Shown here: in pieces, positions 55,873 through 64,000 of the stretch
Numbering within the stretch: position 1 is the stretch's first letter
Layout: every line of letters begins with the position of its first letter
Assembly (NCBI GenBank): GCA_045613985.1
Contig: JAZLCA010000054.1
Location: 12,697 to 76,696, forward strand
Direction of reading: 5' to 3'
Length of the DNA: 64,000 nt
Origin: Eubacteriales bacterium
GTDB lineage: Bacteria; Bacillota; Clostridia; Oscillospirales; CAG-272
The notes under the pieces: model-generated
What the model was told of the DNA's origin: nothing
Databases searched by the model: none
The model's input: only the letters and a program-made list of their open reading frames with translations
Translations under genes and position numbers: made by a program

Positions 55873-56747
55873 GACTTCACCTCCGCCTTGCCGCGACGTT
55901 GCTCCATCAGGCGAAGCAAGCACTTTTCTGCTTGCTCAACCGTAAAAATGCCTTCGTCCACAGGAATCCCCCGTTCGCGCAGCATCATACAAACACGCGA
56001 GATTTCGGGAATGTTCAATCCGACCGCCAAGAGCTCCTCAGAACGAGCAAACACCTCACTGGCGCTTCCCTGCATAACGAGCTTTCCGCCTGCCAGAACG
56101 ACGATATCGTCGCAAAAGCGTGCCATATCCTCCATGCTGTGGCTGACGATGATAACGGTAGCACCCGTTTTGTTCTGATATTCCCGCAGCATTCTCAATA
56201 TCGTATCGCGACCGCGGGGATCCAATCCTGCCGCAGGCTCATCCAAAACCAGTACCTCAGGACGCATCGCCATAATACCGGCAATGGCTACGCGGCGCTT
56301 CTGTCCGCCCGACAGATCAAACGGCGAGTGGTCCATAAGCGAGAGGTCCAGCCCCGTCAGTTCTGCCGCTTCTTGTACACGGTGAGCGATTTCATCATCG
56401 TTCAGCCCCATGTTCTTGGGACCGAATGCAATATCTGCTCTTACCATTTCTTCAAACAGCTGATACTCGGGATACTGCATAACGAGCCCTACACGGAAGC
56501 GGATCTGGCGGATCTGCTTGGGATTTTCCCAGATATCCTTGCCGTCCAACAGAACGCGTCCCTTGGTGGGGCGGCTCAAGCCGTTGAGCAATTGAACCAG
56601 CGTGGATTTTCCCGAGCCGGTATGTCCGATCAATCCCGTAATGGCATTTTCCCGAACGTTCAGATTGATGTCGTCCAAGGCACGCATTTCAAAGGGCGTA
56701 CCGGGACTGTAAACGTAACTGATATTCTCTAACGTAATTTTTGACAT
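55869..56747 (-). CDS. ecfA2: Energy-coupling factor transporter ATPase
   Basis: Walker A GHTGSGKST, signature LSGGQKRRVAIA and Walker B LVLDEP. Confidence 0.9.
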   Translation of the reverse strand: MSKITLENISYVYSPGTPFEMRALDDINLNVRENAITGLIGHTGSGKSTLVQLLNGLSRPTKGRVLLDGKDIWENPKQIRQIRFRVGLVMQYPEYQLFEEMVRADIAFGPKNMGLNDDEIAHRVQEAAELTGLDLSLMDHSPFDLSGGQKRRVAIAGIMAMRPEVLVLDEPAAGLDPRGRDTILRMLREYQNKTGATVIIVSHSMEDMARFCDDIVVLAGGKLVMQGSASEVFARSEELLAVGLNIPEISRVCMMLRERGIPVDEGIFTVEQAEKCLLRLMEQRRGKAEVKS

Positions 56748-56771
56748 ATCAAACCTGTTAACAATTATTTT

Positions 56772-57638
56772 TTACGCTTCAAACAAGCGGCACAAAGCCT
56801 CGACACAGGCCTTTGGGGTATCGACGTCGCCGGGCAAATCCAGTCCACGCTGTCGTAAGCAATGAACCAACGCTGCAGATTGAGGAACGTCCAGTCCTGC
56901 ATCGATCAGGGGTTGAGGATGTGCGAAAATCTCCTTTGGCGCGCCGTCCTTGATAATGCGTCCATCATCCAAGACGATGATTCGATCGGCGCGGGCCGCT
57001 TCGTCCATATGGTGCGTGATGGTAATGATCGTAATTCCTTTTTCTCTGTGCAGCATTTCCATCGTCTGGAGCACCTCAAGACGCCCCAAAGGATCCAGCA
57101 TGGCCGTCGATTCATCGAATATCATACACTCGGGCATCATGGCCAGGATACCGGCAATGGCGACTCGCTGCTTCTGTCCGCCGGAAAGGCGATGAGGCTC
57201 ATGCTTGGCATATTCCGTCATACCGACCATCGCAAGCGCATCGTCTACTCTCTTGCGGATCTCGGCCGACGGCACGCCCAAATTTTCGGGGCCGAAGGCA
57301 ACGTCCTCCTCTACCACCGTAGCAACCAACTGGTTGTCGGGGTTCTGAAAGACCATACCGATCTTTTGGCGAAGGGCAAACACATCCTCGTCCGTCATAT
57401 CCGGGGACGTAACGTTTTGACCGTCAACGTAAATAGCACCGCCGGTAGGCTCCAGGACCAGGTTGAGTAATTTGGCAAGGGTGGATTTTCCCGAGCCGTT
57501 ATGACCGATCACGGCAATATATTCACCGCGTTCAATGCACAAGTCGATGCCGTGCAGAACGGGGGTGTCCTCACCCGTCATATCATCCTCGTAGGCATAC
57601 GACAAATTTTCCGTGCGGATCCATGATTGTCCCATCAT
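56772..57638 (-). CDS. ecfA1: Energy-coupling factor transporter ATPase
   Basis: Walker A GHNGSGKST, signature LSGGQKQRVAIA and Walker B MIFDES. The start is ATG 57638. Confidence 0.9.
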   Translation of the reverse strand: MMGQSWIRTENLSYAYEDDMTGEDTPVLHGIDLCIERGEYIAVIGHNGSGKSTLAKLLNLVLEPTGGAIYVDGQNVTSPDMTDEDVFALRQKIGMVFQNPDNQLVATVVEEDVAFGPENLGVPSAEIRKRVDDALAMVGMTEYAKHEPHRLSGGQKQRVAIAGILAMMPECMIFDESTAMLDPLGRLEVLQTMEMLHREKGITIITITHHMDEAARADRIIVLDDGRIIKDGAPKEIFAHPQPLIDAGLDVPQSAALVHCLRQRGLDLPGDVDTPKACVEALCRLFEA

Positions 57639-57669
57639 ACTCTTTCCTTTCGCAAAAGTTTTGCTCAAA

Positions 57670-58530
57670 TCAGATTGTCCAACGAGAGCTTGCGCCGCAA
57701 GGCAGATAAGCACCCGTCTGTGTAACTTTCAAACCAAGCTCACCCGATTCAATCGTGCCGCCAAAGCGGGATCTCACCTTCAGATCCAGCAGGTAGCTCA
57801 TAGTCAAGGGAGACAGTCCGGTAGTATAGGAATTTACCAAGAAGAACAGCGGGCTATCCGACAACAGCTGTGCCGTCAATCCGATCAGCTCGTCTACGCA
57901 GTCCTCCAGTTTCCACACCTCGCCGCCGGGTCCGCGACCATACGAGGGGGGATCCATAATGATACCCTCATAGTGATTGCCGCGGCGGATCTCACGCTCA
58001 ACGAACTTTTTGCAGTCATCGACGATGTAGCGGATGGGCGCATCGGAAAGCCCCGACAAAGCCGCGTTTTCCTTTGCTTGGGCAACCATGCCCTTAGCCG
58101 CATCCACATGAACGACGCTTGCCCCTGCTTTGGCCGCGGCAACCGTCGCGCCGCCGGTATAGGCAAACAAATTCAGTACGCGAATGGGGCGGTCCGCCTT
58201 TTGGATCAGACCGGAAAACCAATCCCAGTTGGCGGCCTGCTCAGGAAACAGTCCCGTATGCTTAAAGCCCATCGGGCGCAAAACGAATCCCAAATCCTGA
58301 TAACCGATCTGCCAGCTCTCGGGCAGATTGTTTTTTACCCATCGGCCACCGCCGGTAGAGGATCGGCGGTAGATGCCGTCCGCCTTTTTCCATGCGGGAT
58401 GCTTGGCAACGCCATGCCAGATCACCTGAGGATCGGGGCGGATCAAAATATATTTTCCCCAACGCTCCAGTCTTTCACCGTCGTTGGTATCGAGCAATTC
58501 ATAGTCTTTCCAATTTTGTGACGTCCACAT
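57670..58530 (-). CDS. Class I SAM-dependent methyltransferase (RlmI/RlmK-like rRNA methyltransferase core)
   Basis: SAM motif I VLNLFAYTGGATVAAA and the catalytic-region motif IIMDPPSYG. Confidence 0.8.
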   Translation of the reverse strand: MWTSQNWKDYELLDTNDGERLERWGKYILIRPDPQVIWHGVAKHPAWKKADGIYRRSSTGGGRWVKNNLPESWQIGYQDLGFVLRPMGFKHTGLFPEQAANWDWFSGLIQKADRPIRVLNLFAYTGGATVAAAKAGASVVHVDAAKGMVAQAKENAALSGLSDAPIRYIVDDCKKFVEREIRRGNHYEGIIMDPPSYGRGPGGEVWKLEDCVDELIGLTAQLLSDSPLFFLVNSYTTGLSPLTMSYLLDLKVRSRFGGTIESGELGLKVTQTGAYLPCGASSRWTI

Positions 58531-58543
58531 ATCTTGTTCTCCG

Positions 58544-59044
58544 TTATTTCAAGTTATAGTATCTTGCCAGTTTGGAACAGCCGCTGTGCGCATGGGTAAT
58601 AGCCAGGGCCAGCGCGTCTGCAGTGTCGTCCGGCTTGGGCGGCTTATCCAATCCCAACATCATGGTAACCATAGTAATGACCTGTTTTTTTTCGGCGCGT
58701 CCGTAACCAACGACAGACTGCTTGACTTGCAAAGGAGTATACTCCGCAATGGGCAACCCACATTGATGGCCCGCCAAAAGGATGACACCTCTTGCCTCTG
58801 CCACACGGATACCCGTCGTTTGGTTGGTGTTGAAAAAGAGCTCCTCAACCGCCATCTCCTCGGGATGATATTTGTGAATGATTTCGGTCAATTGACGGTA
58901 GATCTCCGCAAGCCGCTCTTGCGTTGTCATCTCCTTGGGCGTTGTAATCGAACCGTATGCTATGGGAGAAAACTTCGTCCCGCGATAGTCCACAATCCCC
59001 CAGCCCACGATGGCAATTCCGGGGTCGATTCCGAGAATAATCAT
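58544..59044 (-). CDS. ruvC: Crossover junction endodeoxyribonuclease RuvC
   Basis: MIILGIDPG, EELFF and DTADALALAITH acidic catalytic motifs. The start is ATG 59044. Confidence 0.92.
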   Translation of the reverse strand: MIILGIDPGIAIVGWGIVDYRGTKFSPIAYGSITTPKEMTTQERLAEIYRQLTEIIHKYHPEEMAVEELFFNTNQTTGIRVAEARGVILLAGHQCGLPIAEYTPLQVKQSVVGYGRAEKKQVITMVTMMLGLDKPPKPDDTADALALAITHAHSGCSKLARYYNLK

Positions 59045-59208
59045 GCCTTTGCTCCTTTCCCTTAAACTATCATACCTTTCCAAAATATTATAATAACACA
59101 AATTTATCAATAAGTCAAACAAATTACCAAACTTTCACAAAAAATTTTAATATCGCAGTTCCTCGACTCAAAAGCATTCGTCAAAAGTTACAAAAAGACA
59201 AAAGTCTA

Positions 59209-59237
59209 TTGACAATGTTTTTAATTATTCGTATAAT
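59209..59237 (+). promoter_or_regulatory. Sigma-A promoter (TTGACA-17-TATAAT) for the large lipoprotein gene
   Basis: ttgaca at 59209-59214 and tataat at 59232-59237. Confidence 0.7.
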
Positions 59238-59292
59238 AATATAAATATTTCAGGGATGCCCGCGCGCTCCCTTTGTCACAAGGAGAATGCTT

Positions 59293-62200
59293 ATGCGAAA
59301 TCACAATCGACCTTTGTGCCGACTCCTATGCCTGCTGCTTGCGGCACTTGTGCTCTTTGGCACGTTCGGATGCAAAAAACCGGACACGCCGGATACCCCT
59401 CCGACCGATGATCCGGGAAACGAACCGGGAAACGACCCCGGAACAGATATTCCGGAACCGGAGGTTTTGATTCAGATGATTGAAAACGGATCTTTGAATT
59501 ATACTGTAATTCGCCCCGAGGTCGCCTCTGTCGAATTGAAAGCAACCGCTGTTCGCCTTTGTACAGCGATCAAGAACAAAGTACAGCTCAACAAAGTCAA
59601 CATCAACGAAGACTATGTAAATCGAGGCGAGTCCGTTCCCACCGATACGCCCGAGATTCTGGTGGGACTTACTAACCGCCAGGAGAGCATTGATGCTCAC
59701 GCGCAGTTGGGAGAAAACGAGTACATCATTGCTTTTGTAAACAACCGTCTCGTTATCGTCGGTTACGACGATGCGGCAACCGCCGAGGCTGTTAACTATT
59801 TTATTGCTACCATCTTGGAAGCAGGCGGCAAGGAAGGTTCGCTGGAAATTTCCGAAAGCCTCGCCGTCAAAAACTCTTATACGCCCCCCGTGGTCAATCC
59901 TTTTGATCCCAACCTTCCTATCTTCCCGGATCAGAACAAACCTACCACAACGCCGCTTTCCTACGTCAAACCCACTTATACCGTCAAGGACGGTATGTAC
60001 ATTCAGAACTACGCCGGACTGAAGATCGACGGTGTTATGACCACCTTCCAGACCAGCACCATGTATTCCGAATTGTACGGCATTCATTCGGATTCCGTCA
60101 TGGTTTACTCCACCGACTACAAGAACTTCGCCGATTGGTACAAGCCCGGCACCTACGTCGTGGATATGATGATCGCCATCAACCGCGCAACCTTTGCCTA
60201 TGTCAATCAGTACAAGCGCCAGGATGACATTCAGATGAACGCTTCCGGCAATTATCTGGAGCATCCCGCCGGCGGTTCTTATTATATGGTTCCCACCGAG
60301 CGCTGGATCGAGTACGTCTGGGATTATATGTTGGCTCCCGTCATCACGGCATGCCATCCCCAGTCCATCGCGCTTGAAGAGCCCGAAATGTGGGCTTCTG
60401 CCGGTTATTCCAACTCCTTCAAGCAAGAATGGGAAGCCTACTATGGCGAAGAGTGGCAGGATCCCGCTTCTTCCGCTGAAAATATGCTCAAGGCAAATCT
60501 GCTTAAGACCTACCTGTTTGAGCGTATTATCATGGAATTGTCCGAACGCGTTAAGGAGCTGTCTCCCACTACGCAGGTCTACATTGCCACCCACAGTACC
60601 GTTAACTACTCCGACTGGGGCATTGATGCCGGCTTGAACCACTACGTTGCAACCGGCGCGCTGGACGGTGTCATCGGCCAGACCTGGTCGGATACCCACA
60701 ACACCGCCTTCCCCTTCCGTGGCGCAAACTTCACCGATAACTTCACCAATGCCTTTATCGAATATTCTTCTTACGTCGATTCGGTGGAAGGTCTCAACTT
60801 CTACGCACTGGCCGATCCCATGATGGATAATGAAAGTGCAACGGAAGAGGATTGTCAGTATTTCTACCGTCAGTCCATCACAGCTTCCCTGCTTCAGCCC
60901 GAAATCAACCGTTTCCAGATTCTTCCCTGGGTCAATCGCGCCTACGCCAACGTATCCAACAACTACAAGACCATTCAGTCTCAGATCTTTGAAGCACTCA
61001 ACAGCGTCGGCGGCCTTCCCGTAACCATCGAAGCGGGTACTCCCGGCATCACCTACCTCATCTCCGACTCACTGTCGTGGATGAATACGGGCGACGGTTG
61101 GGCCTTCAACACCACCGACGGATTGTACGGTGTTCTCGCGCCTCTGGTCCGCGACGGTATTCCCGCAAAAATGAAATCCATGGACCAGATCGAATCTGCG
61201 GCTGACCTGGATGGCGTTACCGTTCTGATCGTAAGTTTCGATTCCAATGTGCCTTTGAGCGAAAAGATCAACATTGCCGTTGCCGACTGGGTCAAAGCGG
61301 GCGGAACTCTGCTTTTCCTGTCCGGTGCCAATGAATATTGGAACGTCGAGGACTACTTCTTCTGGATGGAAGACGGTACACCCTTGAACAACCTGCTCAA
61401 GCACTTGGGTCTTGAGAACATCAAAACTACGACCGTCTCCTCCGGAGACTTCAGCTCGGATGATTCGATTCTTGACGACTGCTTTGCCGGTGAGCGTCTG
61501 AACTCCGGCTATCGCAAGGCATCCATTGCATTCGAAGGCGCGGAGTATCCCATCTTGAAGATTGGCAACAGCGTAGTAGGTATCGATGAATCGGTCGGCA
61601 AGGGTAACTTCATTGCCATCGGTCTTCCCTCCGCTTTCTATTCTGCTAACGCCTTTGGTCCCGAAATGATTCGCGCACTGACAGAATATGCTCTGCAGTA
61701 TACCGATTACGACTATTGCCAGCAGGATATGATGGTCGTGCGCCGTGGCAACCTCGTAGCCGCCCATGCCTATAACAAGAATCAGACGTTAGAGGGCACT
61801 TACATCAATCTTTACAGCGGCGAGCTGACCATCCTGAAAAACCCCGTTGTGCGCAAAGACGACAGCGTGGTACTGTACGACATTTCCGACCTGGATCTTA
61901 CGATTCCTCATCTTGCTTACACCGCGGGACGCATTCAAGAAGGATCGCTGTCCGAAACGGCCAATCAAATGACCTATACCGTCACCAGCGCCGGCAACAC
62001 GATCATTTCCAATCGCATCGCACTGCCCAAGGGCGTTTATCCTGCAAGCGTCGAAGTAATCAATACCGAAACCAATACTAGAACTTCTCTTTTGAAGTAT
62101 CTTTACGACGAGGATAGCCACACGGTACTGGTCATGTTCGATGGTAGCACCAAGGCACAGAAAGTGACCATCACCTTCGGCACCGATAAAAACGCCATCG

Positions 62201-63171
62201 GATCTCAAAATACACAGTACGCCGAAAAAGCAATTCTGACCAACGATCAAAATCAGGATGAGAACTACCTCATCACCAATACCGCCGGCGTAAACTCCGG
62301 TGTCCGCTATTGTGATAACGCCGGTGTTCTGGTATATAAGTTTGATTTGAATGAGTACAGCAAGGCTGCCTATTACTTCAACATTTCTCAAAACTACATT
62401 TTCGAGATTTCGGGTGACGGAGAAAACTGGAAACTGATCGCCGACTATTCCGAGGGTGGCAAGGTGGATCGCATTACAAATGCCGATAACGCAACCGTTA
62501 TTACCATCTATCCCGAGCAATACAATGAGATTGGTAGCGAGCTTTACGTCCGTCTGCGCAACACTACCACGGTAGGCGGCCACGGCGGCGCAATCTCCAG
62601 AATTACCATCCGCTACACCGTTGACGGAGCAGATGCGCCTCCGGTCAATCAGGCCCCCGGCCGAAATAATACATCCAAAGAAAATATTCCCTCGAAGAAT
62701 CAAGGCTCCAACGATGAAAGTAAGTACCTCGTTTCTACCAAAAACGGTATTTCTACCTATCGCAGAACGGTAAAAACCAATTCCTCGGGCGAAGATATGG
62801 AATTTTTGGAATACACGAATGCGGGCGTCAACAACGGCATCCGTTACTGTGATCACAACGCTCAAATTGTCTACGCTTTTGATATCAGCGATAAGCTGAG
62901 TGCCGTTTACACCTTTACTCTGTCCCAGAACTACATCCTTGAAGCCAGTGCGGATGGTGAAAACTATGAAATCATTGCCGACTACTCTCAGGGCGGCAAG
63001 GTTCCCCATTTGACGACCGGTGGCAACGATACTGATATCCGTGTTAACCTCTTCGATTTTGTCGAAGATGGCAAAGTCGTCTATATTCGCCTGCGCAACA
63101 GCGATCCCACGCAGGGTTGGGGCGGTAGCATTCACAAATTCGTTATGGAGTACACCAAAGAAGCAAAATAA
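59293..63171 (+). CDS. Very large (1292-aa) surface lipoprotein of unknown function with duplicated C-terminal domain
   Basis: A signal peptide with lipobox FGC, a Pro/Asp/Thr linker, and a large globular body. Two homologous ~120-aa modules lie at about 62260-62625 and 62797-63160. The start is ATG 59293, 7 nt after GGAG. Confidence 0.75.
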   Translation: MRNHNRPLCRLLCLLLAALVLFGTFGCKKPDTPDTPPTDDPGNEPGNDPGTDIPEPEVLIQMIENGSLNYTVIRPEVASVELKATAVRLCTAIKNKVQLNKVNINEDYVNRGESVPTDTPEILVGLTNRQESIDAHAQLGENEYIIAFVNNRLVIVGYDDAATAEAVNYFIATILEAGGKEGSLEISESLAVKNSYTPPVVNPFDPNLPIFPDQNKPTTTPLSYVKPTYTVKDGMYIQNYAGLKIDGVMTTFQTSTMYSELYGIHSDSVMVYSTDYKNFADWYKPGTYVVDMMIAINRATFAYVNQYKRQDDIQMNASGNYLEHPAGGSYYMVPTERWIEYVWDYMLAPVITACHPQSIALEEPEMWASAGYSNSFKQEWEAYYGEEWQDPASSAENMLKANLLKTYLFERIIMELSERVKELSPTTQVYIATHSTVNYSDWGIDAGLNHYVATGALDGVIGQTWSDTHNTAFPFRGANFTDNFTNAFIEYSSYVDSVEGLNFYALADPMMDNESATEEDCQYFYRQSITASLLQPEINRFQILPWVNRAYANVSNNYKTIQSQIFEALNSVGGLPVTIEAGTPGITYLISDSLSWMNTGDGWAFNTTDGLYGVLAPLVRDGIPAKMKSMDQIESAADLDGVTVLIVSFDSNVPLSEKINIAVADWVKAGGTLLFLSGANEYWNVEDYFFWMEDGTPLNNLLKHLGLENIKTTTVSSGDFSSDDSILDDCFAGERLNSGYRKASIAFEGAEYPILKIGNSVVGIDESVGKGNFIAIGLPSAFYSANAFGPEMIRALTEYALQYTDYDYCQQDMMVVRRGNLVAAHAYNKNQTLEGTYINLYSGELTILKNPVVRKDDSVVLYDISDLDLTIPHLAYTAGRIQEGSLSETANQMTYTVTSAGNTIISNRIALPKGVYPASVEVINTETNTRTSLLKYLYDEDSHTVLVMFDGSTKAQKVTITFGTDKNAIGSQNTQYAEKAILTNDQNQDENYLITNTAGVNSGVRYCDNAGVLVYKFDLNEYSKAAYYFNISQNYIFEISGDGENWKLIADYSEGGKVDRITNADNATVITIYPEQYNEIGSELYVRLRNTTTVGGHGGAISRITIRYTVDGADAPPVNQAPGRNNTSKENIPSKNQGSNDESKYLVSTKNGISTYRRTVKTNSSGEDMEFLEYTNAGVNNGIRYCDHNAQIVYAFDISDKLSAVYTFTLSQNYILEASADGENYEIIADYSQGGKVPHLTTGGNDTDIRVNLFDFVEDGKVVYIRLRNSDPTQGWGGSIHKFVMEYTKEAK

Positions 63172-63184
63172 TTTTCACAACAAA

Positions 63185-63212
63185 GGGCGGATGCACAAAC
63201 GTGCATCCGCCC
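63185..63212. terminator. Bidirectional terminator hairpin
   Basis: gggcggatgcac aaac gtgcatccgccc forms a 12-bp perfect stem. Confidence 0.8.
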
Positions 63213-63226
63213 AGAATTTTATTCAA

Positions 63227-64000
63227 TTATTTGAGGAAGCCGTTAACGATCTGCTCTTCGGCTTCTTTTTCGGTCAGACCCAGCGTCATCAGCTTCATGA
63301 GCTGCTCGCCTGCAATCTTACCGATGGCTGCCTCATGAATCAGACTTGCATCCACGTGGCTTGCCGTGATCTCGGGAATGGCACTGACCAGCGCGTCGTC
63401 CATGATAATGGCGTCACATTCCGAGTGCCCCGTACAACGATTGTTACCCTTGACGTTAGAACGGAAAATCTGGCGAGACTTATCCTTGGCAACCGAACGG
63501 GAAATAAGGTGGCAAGCGCAATCCTCACCGTCCATGTCAATAACAAAATCCGTCTCGGCCAACTGTTCGCCATGCGTCATGATCTTTTCGCGAACGGTCA
63601 AGGAAGCACCGTCTGCCAGTTTTGCCTCGGTCTTGCGGGAGGTGGAATCGATTCCCTTGATCTGGGTGGACTCCATTTCCATGACCGCGCCCTCAGCCAG
63701 TTCGATGACAGTGGTGGGATTCATGATTTTGCCGCCGATGCCGTCGCCCTCGCCGTAATGCTTTTCGATGTAGCGAATACGGGCGTTTTTCCCCACGAAG
63801 AAGGAGTGGATACCGTCGTGGGAGGAGTCCTGATCGCCGCAGTTGTGGATACCGCAACCGGCGATGATGGTCACGTCGGCGTCTTCACCAATGATAAAAT
63901 CGTTATAAACCATTTCCTTCAGACCATGCTGGCTGATGATGACGGGAATGTGTACGCTTTCATTCTTGGTACCGGGCGCGATGATGATATCGATGCCGGG
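63227..64000 (-). CDS. SufB/SufD family Fe-S cluster assembly protein (N-terminus outside window)
   Basis: A beta-helix-type sequence and the C-terminal HEAAIGKIAGEQLMKLMTLGLTEKEAEEQIVNGFL pattern. The frame stays open from 63913 to the window edge. Confidence 0.8.
   Translation of the reverse strand, partial: PGIDIIIAPGTKNESVHIPVIISQHGLKEMVYNDFIIGEDADVTIIAGCGIHNCGDQDSSHDGIHSFFVGKNARIRYIEKHYGEGDGIGGKIMNPTTVIELAEGAVMEMESTQIKGIDSTSRKTEAKLADGASLTVREKIMTHGEQLAETDFVIDMDGEDCACHLISRSVAKDKSRQIFRSNVKGNNRCTGHSECDAIIMDDALVSAIPEITASHVDASLIHEAAIGKIAGEQLMKLMTLGLTEKEAEEQIVNGFLK

Noticed and set aside
59326-63135. Minus-strand ORFs of 457, 232 and 448 aa opposite the large lipoprotein gene.
   Set aside because: The plus-strand frame is continuous for 1292 codons with a signal peptide, promoter, RBS and terminator. 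The minus-strand ORFs are fragmented, Gly/Val/Asp-rich and lack start contexts.
1-64000. A scan for rRNA, tRNA, CRISPR arrays, toxin-antitoxin pairs, restriction-modification genes and other recognisable defence genes.
   Set aside because: I saw none. All intergenic gaps over 100 bp are accounted for by promoters, T-box leaders or terminators. No small paired ORFs typical of TA modules are present.

Overview
This is a 64-kb chromosomal window from a spore-forming Firmicute. It is most likely a Clostridia (Oscillospirales-like) anaerobe with mid-50s % G+C, judged from hand-counted lines. The taxonomic markers are sigG, ylmC/ymxH, the SCIFF scfA/scfB pair, PolC, T-box leaders and a Re-citrate-synthase-type TCA branch. 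I support about 54 protein genes. The housekeeping backbone has four parts. (1) An ABC importer, sigG, an M18 aminopeptidase, and valS behind a Val T-box. (2) birA, a sugar nucleotidyltransferase and a PLP decarboxylase. (3) The classic Firmicute block rpsB-tsf-pyrH-frr-uppS-cdsA-dxr-rseP-ispG-polC, all on the minus strand. (4) A Clp ATPase, cvpA, truA, ecfT-ecfA2-ecfA1, an rRNA-type methyltransferase, ruvC and a partial sufB/D. No rRNA, tRNA, CRISPR array, transposase or integrase gene was seen. The stretches most worth a second look are: (a) an AT-rich 1.8-kb insert carrying a 554-aa sigma factor with a long fused C-terminal domain, bracketed by an exact 27-bp duplicated terminator hairpin; (b) a second T-box leader in front of an alaR/alaT-like Lrp-aminotransferase pair; (c) a citrate synthase-gntR-aconitase-icd operon with a perfect palindromic operator; (d) a 9%-cysteine orphan protein with a run of eight consecutive Cys; (e) a cell-surface module made of a three-lipoprotein operon, a divergent OmpR-type two-component system and an orphan secreted protein, tied together by 11-bp tandem direct repeats; (f) a P-type ATPase homologue in which all three catalytic signatures are degenerate; (g) a 1292-aa lipoprotein with an internally duplicated C-terminal domain. 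All family assignments are by eye from the translations. No database search was run.
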